In this document: positions 18,907-27,331 of the stretch, one piece after another | Numbering within the stretch: the first letter of the stretch is position 1 | Layout of the letters: every line of letters starts with the position of its first letter | Translations under genes and position numbers: made by a program | DNA from: Pseudomonadota bacterium | Lineage (GTDB): Bacteria; Myxococcota; JACRCW01; JAFGSX01 | NCBI GenBank assembly: GCA_043821645.1 | Contig: JBDRCO010000126.1 | Span: forward strand, 1 to 32,658 | DNA: 32,658 nucleotides | Direction: 5' to 3' | Notes under the pieces: generated by a model | Seen by the model: only the letters and a program-made list of their open reading frames with translations | Told to the model about the DNA's origin: nothing | The model's database searches: none

Positions 18907-19226
18907 GTGGGCTCAACCTGGCGCAGGTCGAGCGCGTCGTCGAGCTGGCTCACAGCCTGGCCCGGCCTCCTGCAGAGCTCGATGCGGTCCTTCTCGATGT
19001 CGCGCGCCTGCGCGATGAGGTGGATCGCATGGCCCTGATCTCGACGGACGCCCTCGGCACAGAAGAACCGCTGGGCGCGCTCCGTCAGGCCTTGCGGCAG
19101 GCAGGTCTGGGTGAGCTCGACAATCCAGCGGCTGACCTGCGAGAGATCCGCGACAGCCTCGCGCGCTTGCACGCCACCCTGACCACCATCGCGGTGACCC
19201 GGCACCCCAGAAGCCCGCACGCGTGA
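18903..19226 (+). CDS. Small helical hypothetical protein (107 aa)
   Basis: ATGA overlap with the upstream gene and GTGA overlap with the downstream gene; amphipathic Leu-rich helices. Confidence 0.75.
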   Translation: MSGLNLAQVERVVELAHSLARPPAELDAVLLDVARLRDEVDRMALISTDALGTEEPLGALRQALRQAGLGELDNPAADLREIRDSLARLHATLTTIAVTRHPRSPHA

Positions 19227-20566
19227 GAGACGATCCACACCACCTGCGGCGGGAGATCGCGCAGCGCCTGTTCGCCGCGACCCGCGCCCTTCCGACTTCA
19301 GCAACCTCGCGCATCGGGCGGACTGCCCTCGCTGCACTCCGCAGCGGCCACTACGTGTGGAGCCACGGCCCGAGCAAGAACCAGGCAGACGAAACCCAGG
19401 AAGAGTTCGACGTGGAGGCCCTCGCGGAGCTGGTGATGTCCATCGGTCAGCTCAAGGGCGTGGCCATGAAGATGGGGCAGATCCTGAGCTACATCGATGT
19501 GGCTGTTCCCGACTCTCTGCGCCAGGCCTTTGCGGCCCTGCAGGACCACGCGCCACCCATGACCGAAGTCCAGGTGCGCACGATCCTGAGTCAAGAGCTG
19601 GGTTCCAGGGCGGCCGAGGTTCTGGCGGGACTCGATCCCCAGCCACTCGCGGCGGCATCGATAGGGCAGGTGCACCGCGTCGTGCTGGGCGACGGCACCG
19701 AGCTGGCCATCAAGGTTCAGTACCCCGAGATCGAGCACGCCATTCGCAGCGACTTCAAGGCCGCGGCCGTGGGAACGCAGCTGCCCTCGCTGCTGCTACC
19801 AGGAGTGAACATCCAGGGTTTCGTGGCGGAGGCCAGGGCGCGTTTCCTCGAGGAATGCGACTACGTGCACGAGGCCCAGGCGCAGCAGGAGTTCGGGGTG
19901 CTTTTCGCGGACCACGACCTGCTCGTGGTACCCGCGATCTTTCCGGAGCTCTGCACGCGCCGGGTGCTGGCCAGCGCGCTGGTCCGGGGTCAGCACTTCG
20001 ACGCCTTTCTTGCCAGCGATCCTTCGCCTGAGCTGCGGGATCGCATCGGAGTTGCCCTGTTCGATTTTTACCTGGGCACCCTGTTCAAAAACGGCCTCTA
20101 CAACTGCGATCCGCATCCAGGAAACTACCTGTTCCTCGACGACAATAGGGTCGCGATGCTCGATTACGGCTGTACCCGGCGCTTCGATCCATCCTTTGTT
20201 CGCAAGATGGCGGCCCTGACCCGTGCCGTGCAGGAGGACGGTCGAGAAGCCCTGCACGCGGCGCTGGTGGACCTGGGCATCGTGCGGGCCAAGAAGCGCT
20301 ACGACGAGGCCACCGTGCGCCGACTGCTCCGCGCCTTCTTCGGGCCCATGCTCCATGATCGCACCGCGGCCATCGCCCTCGACGAGGTGCGAAGCATGCG
20401 CCAGGTCGTCGATGCCAAGCGGCAGATGCTCAAGCTGTCGCTCCCCGCCGAGTTCCTCTTCCTGTTCCGTATTCGCTTCGGCTTGATGTCGGTGCTGGCA
20501 CGGCTGGGTGCGCGCGCCAACTGGTACCAGCTCGAGCGTCAGGCCATCGAGGCATCGAGCGCTTGA
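19223..20566 (+). CDS. ABC1/UbiB/AarF-family atypical kinase
   Basis: LKGVAMKMGQ (KxGQ), AAASIGQVH, AIKVQYP, DPHPGN, LDYG. Confidence 0.93.
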   Translation: MRDDPHHLRREIAQRLFAATRALPTSATSRIGRTALAALRSGHYVWSHGPSKNQADETQEEFDVEALAELVMSIGQLKGVAMKMGQILSYIDVAVPDSLRQAFAALQDHAPPMTEVQVRTILSQELGSRAAEVLAGLDPQPLAAASIGQVHRVVLGDGTELAIKVQYPEIEHAIRSDFKAAAVGTQLPSLLLPGVNIQGFVAEARARFLEECDYVHEAQAQQEFGVLFADHDLLVVPAIFPELCTRRVLASALVRGQHFDAFLASDPSPELRDRIGVALFDFYLGTLFKNGLYNCDPHPGNYLFLDDNRVAMLDYGCTRRFDPSFVRKMAALTRAVQEDGREALHAALVDLGIVRAKKRYDEATVRRLLRAFFGPMLHDRTAAIALDEVRSMRQVVDAKRQMLKLSLPAEFLFLFRIRFGLMSVLARLGARANWYQLERQAIEASSA

Positions 20567-20675
20567 CCCTCGAATCCGGGATCCCGTTGCACCACGAGTT
20601 CAGCGAGGCAGGTCGGCGAGCTCGTCGGTCCAGGAACGCTGCGCCACACCCGGAGGACACCTCTCCCGCGCCACG

Positions 20676-21923
20676 TCAGGTCTCGTCGTCGTCGAGCTGG
20701 CGCCGGATGAAATTGGGCAGCGCGAAGGCGGCGGTGTGGATCTGTGCGTTGTAGTACTGGCACTGGGCCGCGATGTGCTCCGCGGCGTCTTCGTCGAAGC
20801 ACTCGACCTCGAGCGTGAAGTCGCTGGCGAGGGCAAACACCCATTGCCCGCCGGGATAGGTGGGTACCGTCGACAGATAGGGCCGGACGTCGCCGAACAC
20901 CTGCCGCAGGGTGCTGAACATGTTTCGCTGCTCATCGACCTGCAACCAGGGAGAGAGTCCCTGCGCCGCGAAAAGCCCGCCCGGTCGGAGCAGGTTTCGA
21001 CATCCCAGGTAGAAGGGCTTGCTGTACAGCACGCGACCCGGACCCAGGGGGTCGGTGGCGTCGACCAGGATGACGTCGTACTTCTGCGCAGAGTCTCGAA
21101 CGTGAACCATGCCATCGAGGTGGTGGATGTGGACCCGGGGGTCGCCGAGAGTGCGCGCGATGCGCGGGAGGTGCGTCCGGGACAGCTGCACGACCAGGGG
21201 ATCCAGCTCCACCAGATCCACGGCCTCGACATCGTGGTGCTTGAGCACCTCGCGGACGAGGCCACCGTCGCCACCTCCGATCACCAGCACGTGGGTCGGT
21301 GCCCCGTGAAGGAGCAAGGGCACGTGTCCCAGCATCTCGTGGTAGGCGAACTCGTCGCGCTCGGTGACGTTGACCACGCCGTCTAGCACCAGGGTGCGCC
21401 CCCACACCGGGTTGCGCAAGACGCGGATGTCCTGGAATCGGCTGCGCTGATGCGCGATTTGCTCGTCGACGGCATAGGAGAAGCCGAGCAGCAGTTCATG
21501 CGCGGCGGCCGGGTTGCGATGATACTCCGTGAACCATCGGACCTTGAGTGCCAATGGCTCGGTCTCCGCATCGAGATTGCCCGTTCCTCTGTCGTGCCTG
21601 GCCTGCACCACTTCCCGCGAGTCGAGGCGACGCTGGAGCACCGAAGCCGCGCGATCCACGTCGACCTCATCGTCACCCGTGAACAGGTCCACCGCCGCAA
21701 ACGCCGTCTCCGGACTCGTGTGAACGCTCAGGTGTGCATTGGAGGCCAGCACGATGCCTCGTATGCCAGCCGGCTCCATGGGGCCAAAGTGATGGTGCAG
21801 CGGTATCGCGCCGCTGCTGCGCATGGCTTCCAGTGCCGCGCTGCAGACCGTTTCCGAGTCGTTCAGGGGCCGCGGGTCACAGCCATGCAGATCGAGGACG
21901 GTATGTGTTCCACAAGCAGCCAT
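20676..21923 (-). CDS. speE: Fusion of degenerate S-adenosylmethionine decarboxylase (SpeD/SpeH-like) domain and polyamine aminopropyltransferase
   Basis: N-terminal GTHTVLDLHGC...HLSVHTSPE...AAVDLFT...RG; C-terminal FQDI, LVLDG, ERDEFAYHEM, VLVIGGGDGG, VELD, DATDP, PTYPGG; ATG 21923 with GGAGG RBS. Confidence 0.9.
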   Translation of the reverse strand: MAACGTHTVLDLHGCDPRPLNDSETVCSAALEAMRSSGAIPLHHHFGPMEPAGIRGIVLASNAHLSVHTSPETAFAAVDLFTGDDEVDVDRAASVLQRRLDSREVVQARHDRGTGNLDAETEPLALKVRWFTEYHRNPAAAHELLLGFSYAVDEQIAHQRSRFQDIRVLRNPVWGRTLVLDGVVNVTERDEFAYHEMLGHVPLLLHGAPTHVLVIGGGDGGLVREVLKHHDVEAVDLVELDPLVVQLSRTHLPRIARTLGDPRVHIHHLDGMVHVRDSAQKYDVILVDATDPLGPGRVLYSKPFYLGCRNLLRPGGLFAAQGLSPWLQVDEQRNMFSTLRQVFGDVRPYLSTVPTYPGGQWVFALASDFTLEVECFDEDAAEHIAAQCQYYNAQIHTAAFALPNFIRRQLDDDET

Positions 21924-22123
21924 CTCGTGTCCCTCCATGACGGGCAAGGCCACGCAGCGCTCGGGCACATGCTGTGCCCGGGACGCATACCGTGATCATG
22001 ATCTCTTGCCATGTGGATAGCAGAGACGTCCCGCCGTGACCAGTCGCAGGGCGCCGCAACTCTCCCGGTGCCGTCGCGAGCCAGCGTGCCCAGGTACAAG
22101 ATCGAAGCGATATGAGATGGGGG

Positions 22124-23230
22124 CTAGCCGCGGTGGGTGGGATCTCCGGGCACGAAGGCTGTGAGTTCATCGGCGCCAGGGACGGCGTCCTCGCCGGCCA
22201 GTTCGTACCAGCCCATGCGGTGTGACCGGACCAATAACTCACGATGGAAACGAAGACCGCCCCGGCGCAGTACCTCGAGGACCGCGCTGGCCCCGGCAGC
22301 GGTGCTGATCACACGCTGTGAGCCATCGGGGTCCTCGAATCGCACGGCCGTGTAGAGCTCGCGCGGGACCCGGACCTCGCCGCGAAAGTGCAGCGGGCCG
22401 CGACCGCAGGAGAAGCTCCAGCCATCTTCTCGCGCATCCTGACCGGTGTTGGACAGGTCCGAGACGATGCGCGGGAAGAAGTACGTGCGGTGCCGGTAGG
22501 TCACGCGCACGGAGCTGAGCCAGGGTGAGGGTTGGCCATTCAGCCAGTCCTGGACCTGAAATGCTTCGAGCCGGCAGTGCGGTCTATCCTCGAAGCTGTC
22601 GACGTGGCAAGCCATCCAGCGCCGCGGGGAACGCCGGCCCCACTGGTGCTGCTGCTGGGCCAGCGCGCCGCGCACATCGAGGACGCGCCCAGCGACGACG
22701 ATCTGTCCCCAGGTCGGCACAGCCTCGTTGGGGATGAGCATTTTGGAGGGCAGCCAGTCCACCTCGTACAGAGGCTCCCACAGCAAGGGACGCGCGGACA
22801 CGCGTCGCGGTTCCCAGCGCAGGTTCCAGCGCAAGGCTCCGTCGCTGATCATGCCCACCGCTCCAGCTTGGGTCAGCTCGCAGCCGCCAACTCGAACCCA
22901 GAAGCGGCGTCGACTGAAATCAAGCGAGGACAGGGCTTCGTGCTGCACGAACGAATGATGCTTTCCGGTCCGCAGATCATAAAACACGGCGACCACACGC
23001 AATCGTGGGGCGATGCGCGCCCGGGCTGCGAGACGGATCTCGTGCCGGATCCACAGGGCCGCCTGGTGTTCGGGCAAAGCCACCTTGACCAGGTAGGTCT
23101 CGAAGTGATCGCGGGTGCTGCCGTCCCAGCGAAACAGATTGTCGCGCTCGGACGAGGTGAGGCTGAGCCGGGGCCGCCAGCGTCTGTCCAAAAGTCCCTC
23201 GAGATGTGAACTCAGAGCCAGCGCTTCCAT
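22124..23230 (-). CDS. Hypothetical protein, probable tocopherol-cyclase/AttH-like beta-fold
   Basis: NLFRWDG...AALWIRH, LRWNLRW, QHQWGRRSPRRW, FEDPDG: Trp/aromatic-rich pattern reminiscent of that family. Function not established. Confidence 0.55.
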   Translation of the reverse strand: MEALALSSHLEGLLDRRWRPRLSLTSSERDNLFRWDGSTRDHFETYLVKVALPEHQAALWIRHEIRLAARARIAPRLRVVAVFYDLRTGKHHSFVQHEALSSLDFSRRRFWVRVGGCELTQAGAVGMISDGALRWNLRWEPRRVSARPLLWEPLYEVDWLPSKMLIPNEAVPTWGQIVVAGRVLDVRGALAQQQHQWGRRSPRRWMACHVDSFEDRPHCRLEAFQVQDWLNGQPSPWLSSVRVTYRHRTYFFPRIVSDLSNTGQDAREDGWSFSCGRGPLHFRGEVRVPRELYTAVRFEDPDGSQRVISTAAGASAVLEVLRRGGLRFHRELLVRSHRMGWYELAGEDAVPGADELTAFVPGDPTHRG

Positions 23231-23236
23231 GGGGTC

Positions 23237-23245
23237 ACGCTAGCA
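23237..23245 (-). promoter_or_regulatory. Extended -10 TGCTAGCGT positioned for a leaderless transcript
   Basis: Only 6 nt (GACCCC) separate it from ATG 23230; no Shine-Dalgarno. Confidence 0.4.
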
Positions 23246-23332
23246 CAGCTGCCGACGTCACGACACAAGGGACCCGCCGCGAGGTCCGAGTCAGCTTGCG
23301 CGTGGTCTGCACTCACGCAAAGATGGCAACGC

Positions 23333-23415
23333 GCCGGGATGGCGGAATGGTAGACGCCGGGGACTTAAAATCCCTTGTCCTCACGGGCGTGCGGGTTCGA
23401 GTCCCGCTCCCGGCA
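23333..23415 (+). tRNA. tRNA-Leu (anticodon TAA); CCA not encoded
   Basis: Acceptor stem GCCGGGA/TCCCGGC plus discriminator A; D-arm GGCGGAATGGTAGACGC; anticodon loop CTTAAAA; long variable arm; T-loop GTTCGAGTC. Confidence 0.97.
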
Positions 23416-23568
23416 CTTCCGGCTCGTGCCCTGGGAGCCATTCTCAGGGCGCGAAGGTGATGCGACGACGACCCAGGACTCACGAGAGCAAGGGGGAGTC
23501 TCCACCGAAGGTAGGCGCACCTCGCGCTCGCGCACGTGGAGGACACGCCAGGGACGCGGAGAGGCTGG

Positions 23569-24279
23569 ATGACACAAGCTCCCGATGCCACGACGCGAGG
23601 GCTCCTGGACAGGCGTGGGCGCCGCGGCCTGGTCCTCGGCGCGCTCACGCTGCTCACGCTGATCGGACTTCTGTTCTGGGCGGCTGGGCGCGTCGACTGG
23701 ATCCGCGGCTGGGCGGCGGTGGGGGCTTTCGTGGCCGGGCACCTCGCCAATCGCCTCACCTTGCTGCGCCGTCATCCCGAACTGCTCAACCGCCGCGGGC
23801 AGAGAGTACCCCGTGGAACCAAGTCGTGGGACCGCCGGCTGATGGCCGTGGCCTTGCCCATGCCCTTTCTCATACCTGTGGTCGCCGGTCTGGATGCAGG
23901 TCGCCATGGCCACGAGCTGGGCTGGTCCTGGTACGTGGCAGGTGCTGTGCCCTTCGTGCTCGGTGTCATCCTTGGCATCGCAGCCATGGTGCACAACGCG
24001 CACTTCGAAAAAACGGTGCGACTGCAGGAGGGCCACCACGTCGTCGACAGCGGCCCCTATTCCCGGGTTCGCCACCCCGGGTACGTGGCCAGTGCACTGG
24101 TTTTTGGCGCGGCGCCACTGCTGCTGGGCTCGGCCCTGGCGCTGATCCCCGCGGGCCTGTTTGTCGCTCTGTTTGTGTTGCGCACGGCGCGCGAGGACCG
24201 CACCCTGCGCAGCGAGCTCGAGGGCTACCAGGCCTACGCACAACGCGTGCGCTGGAGGCTGGTTCCTGGTCTATGGTGA
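23569..24279 (+). CDS. Isoprenylcysteine carboxylmethyltransferase (ICMT/PEMT)-family membrane methyltransferase
   Basis: HHVVDSGPYSRVRHPGY, RTAREDRTL...GYQAY...WRLVPGLW; several TM helices; GGAGAGG RBS. Confidence 0.9.
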   Translation: MTQAPDATTRGLLDRRGRRGLVLGALTLLTLIGLLFWAAGRVDWIRGWAAVGAFVAGHLANRLTLLRRHPELLNRRGQRVPRGTKSWDRRLMAVALPMPFLIPVVAGLDAGRHGHELGWSWYVAGAVPFVLGVILGIAAMVHNAHFEKTVRLQEGHHVVDSGPYSRVRHPGYVASALVFGAAPLLLGSALALIPAGLFVALFVLRTAREDRTLRSELEGYQAYAQRVRWRLVPGLW

Positions 24280-24292
24280 CGACCTAAAAAAA

Positions 24293-24916
24293 TCAGCCAG
24301 GTGACCGTGTCTCGTCGAGAGTACGCAGGCCCTGCTGCCTGTCCCAGAGCATTTCAGGGACCGCGGACCTGGTGCAAACCCAGCGCGCCAGCACGAACAG
24401 CAGATCGCTCAACCTGTTGAGGACCTTGATCGCCGCGGGATTGACCTGTGCCTGTGCAGCCAGGGCCACCGCCAGGCGCTCGGCACGCCGGCATACCGTC
24501 CGCGCGTGGTGCAGCTCCGCATTGAGCATCGATCCACCTGGAAGCACGAACTCGCGCAGCGGCGCGAGGTCCTTCTGGCAGTGATCGATCAGGCGCTCCA
24601 GGGCCACCACGTCGCCGTCGTCCGCAACGATCTGCTGCGGCCAGTGCTTGTCGACGGGTGTGGCCAGATCTGCCCCCAGGTTGAAGAGGTCGTTCTGGAC
24701 CGCGACCAGCCAGCGTTCCAGGGCCTGCCTCGCCTCTGCAGGGAGGGCATTATCCCGGCGAGCCTCCTCGCGAGCGCGCCCGACCAGGGTGTTCAGCTCG
24801 TCGACCGTGCCGTAGCAGTCGAGCCGCGGATCGTTTTTGCCGACCCGCGAGCCATCGGACAGGGCGGTGGTGCCACCGTCACCGGTGCGCGTGTAGACCT
24901 TGGAAATGCGGGTCAT
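24293..24916 (-). CDS. pduO: ATP:cob(I)alamin adenosyltransferase, PduO type
   Basis: KVYTRTGDGGTT, YGTVDELN, QNDLFNLGADLA, FVLPGG, ARTVCRRAER, NRLSDLLFVLAR. Confidence 0.93.
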   Translation of the reverse strand: MTRISKVYTRTGDGGTTALSDGSRVGKNDPRLDCYGTVDELNTLVGRAREEARRDNALPAEARQALERWLVAVQNDLFNLGADLATPVDKHWPQQIVADDGDVVALERLIDHCQKDLAPLREFVLPGGSMLNAELHHARTVCRRAERLAVALAAQAQVNPAAIKVLNRLSDLLFVLARWVCTRSAVPEMLWDRQQGLRTLDETRSPG

Positions 24917-24988
24917 GGCTCACCTCGCGTCGTCGGGGACACCGGGACGATCTCACGATGTCTTCAGGAACCGTGCAAGCGCCGTGGT

Positions 24989-26299
24989 TCAGAACTCGAG
25001 CGCAGCCTTGTTGCCGGTGCGCGCCGCGCCGCCCTTGAGGGCATCCAGGAAGCGCGAGCGCAGGCTGTCCGAGAGCAAGGCCTGCTTGACCGGCGGCAGC
25101 CGCAGCACGGCCCCCACGAAGCCACGCAGGAACTGGTGGGTGACGCGCGTGGGATCGTCGAAGAGCTGATTCTGCAGGGTACCGGCCTCCAGACACTGCA
25201 GGATCACGCGCTCGAAGGTGGTGGCCGGCGGGATCACGCGCTGAGGTCTCGCATGCAGGCGCATGGACCCGGTGGGGCAGCGCTGGGCGCACACGCCGCA
25301 GCCAATACACAGCTCCTCATCGACCACCGGAGTGAAGCGCTTCTTGTCGACGGGTGTGGCCAGTCGTTCCAGGCGGATGGCGTGGATGGGACAGGCCTTC
25401 TTGCAGTGCCCGCAGCCATCGCAGCTCGCGTCGTCGCTGCGCGCGAGATAGCTCGAGGTCACCACCGTGTGGGCAAAGCCGTGCTTGCTGATGCCCAGCA
25501 GAACGTTGCAGCAACAGCCGCAGCAGTTGCAGATGTAGCCCACGCCGCGCTGAACATTGTCCGCGTTGAAGACCAACCCCTTTTCCCGCGAGTCGGCCAG
25601 TTCCTCGAGCATCTCCTGCTTCGTCACGGAGCGCGCGAAGCCGCGCCGGATCAGAAACTCGGCGCCGGTGCCCATGGACATGCACTTCCCCAGGGGGTGA
25701 TCGCAGGCCTTGTCGCCCGTATGGTGCTTTTCGTGGCGGCACGAGCAGATGCCGATGGCGTGCTGGCTGTGGCCGTCGACGATGGCCGAGGCCTTGTCGT
25801 AGTCGAGCACCTCGACATGTTCATCGGGGAACAGGGTCCCCTCGTGCGGAAGCGTGCGCATGAGCTGCAGTTGCTGGCCGTCTGCGAGATTGGCGCGCCA
25901 GGTTGCGCCGCTGCCCAGGTAGTCCTTGAACAACTTGGCCATGCGCGCCGAGTCCACGCCGGCATCGGTCCGCATCATGGTGAACTCGAAGATCCCGATC
26001 GCCATCGGCGAGGGCAGGTAGCGCAGCTTGCCGCCGACCAGCACGTCCATGACCAGGCCCTTGTGGCACAGGCTCTCGAGCACGCGCTCCAGGTGGCGGG
26101 GCTCCAGACCGGTGGTGCGCTGCAGCCGGCCCAGGGTCGACAGGCCATAGGGCATGCGCAACACGAGGTCGGCCTCCTCCTCGCTGTAGAGCGCGGTCAA
26201 GATCTCGTGCAGCGTCTCGTTGTAGGGGGCGCGCAGGGTCAGAGCATCGATCTTGGAACCGAGCTGCCGGTACAGGTCCTTGCCGACCAGGTGACCCAT
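24989..26299 (-). CDS. 4Fe-4S dicluster domain protein
   Basis: CSCRH, CNCCGCCC, CDGCGHCKKACP and CIGCGVCAQRCP; ATG 26299 with AGGAGG RBS. Confidence 0.9.
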   Translation of the reverse strand: MGHLVGKDLYRQLGSKIDALTLRAPYNETLHEILTALYSEEEADLVLRMPYGLSTLGRLQRTTGLEPRHLERVLESLCHKGLVMDVLVGGKLRYLPSPMAIGIFEFTMMRTDAGVDSARMAKLFKDYLGSGATWRANLADGQQLQLMRTLPHEGTLFPDEHVEVLDYDKASAIVDGHSQHAIGICSCRHEKHHTGDKACDHPLGKCMSMGTGAEFLIRRGFARSVTKQEMLEELADSREKGLVFNADNVQRGVGYICNCCGCCCNVLLGISKHGFAHTVVTSSYLARSDDASCDGCGHCKKACPIHAIRLERLATPVDKKRFTPVVDEELCIGCGVCAQRCPTGSMRLHARPQRVIPPATTFERVILQCLEAGTLQNQLFDDPTRVTHQFLRGFVGAVLRLPPVKQALLSDSLRSRFLDALKGGAARTGNKAALEF

Positions 26300-26359
26300 G
26301 GTGACCTCCTCGGCGCACTTTAGCGCGGCAGGAGGTGCTGGCGCATCCTGCACCGGGAG

Positions 26360-27055
26360 TCAGGGTCGATGCGCACCGAAACGTTGCTCGTAGGCATGGG
26401 CGATGACGGCTGCCGATCCCAGAATGTCCAGGTACTGGGTGTCCAGGATGATGTCGTAGCTGCGGATGTCCTCGACATCGATCCCGAACCTCTGCTTGTG
26501 AAAGGCCGCTCGCTCGGTGTCGGTACTGGTGACGCGTCGCCGCGCCTCGATGGGGTCCAGGTCGGCGACCAGAGCCAGCCGGCGCACGCGCTCCTCGACC
26601 GGTGCGGTGGTGCGCACGGCCAGGGCATGACTGCGCGGAACCAGATGGACACAACCGTGGCCCACCATGACACAGCTACCGTGTTGCCACAGGGCGGCCA
26701 CCACCCGGCCCAGGCCGGACATGTAGTCGCTGTGATCAAAGCCGCTCTCCCGGAAGATGGAGGTGAGGTAGTCGTCGACGATACCCTGGGCCCGCTCGTC
26801 CAGGGTCTCGACCGTGGCCAGCTGGACACGCGCATGGGAGGCGATGTGCTCGAGGATCTCGCGATCGTAGACGGGGATCGAGAGCTGGCGACCCACCTGC
26901 AAGGCGATGGCCACGCCGTAGGACCCCAGGGCATGCGAGAACACGATCGCGGTGGGTGGCTCGGCCGGAGGCTCGTTCGTGTGTGGTCGGGACCGGCTCT
27001 CTGCCCTCCAGCGTGCGATCTGCTCCTCGACGATGCCCTGGATGTTGCGCGCCAT
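26360..27055 (-). CDS. Cytidylate kinase-like family protein
   Basis: IVFSHALGSYGVAIA P-loop-like segment, YDREIL, VMVGHG, APVEERVRR, DTERAAF, YDIILDT; GGAGGG RBS. Confidence 0.85.
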   Translation of the reverse strand: MARNIQGIVEEQIARWRAESRSRPHTNEPPAEPPTAIVFSHALGSYGVAIALQVGRQLSIPVYDREILEHIASHARVQLATVETLDERAQGIVDDYLTSIFRESGFDHSDYMSGLGRVVAALWQHGSCVMVGHGCVHLVPRSHALAVRTTAPVEERVRRLALVADLDPIEARRRVTSTDTERAAFHKQRFGIDVEDIRSYDIILDTQYLDILGSAAVIAHAYEQRFGAHRP

Positions 27056-27331
27056 GTTCTTCCCCCTCCGGGCCACAGAGGCCCATCGAGCACCAGCCTG
27101 CCTGGCCTGACATGGGCACGCCATCGAAGACCTTGCCAATCTCCGGTCACAAAAAGAACGACCTGCGGCCCCCGCGGAGGTGGGTCGACAGCGAGGGTCC
27201 GGGAGATGAACCGCGGTGCGTCATCGGACTGACCTCCGAGGGCAACCTGCGCTAGGGTGGGCCTGCCGGGGAATCGGCCAGTGAACCGAGGGCAGGGATC
27301 GACGCGCTCCCTGAAGTCGCGAGGTGGGGCC

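Noticed and set aside
19223-20566. Calling the ABC1 kinase ubiB
   Set aside because: No ubiquinone genes nearby and the family has many paralogues; left at family level.
23333-23460. tRNA as a possible island or prophage integration site
   Set aside because: No duplicate of the tRNA 3' end, no integrase, and ordinary flanking genes in this window.
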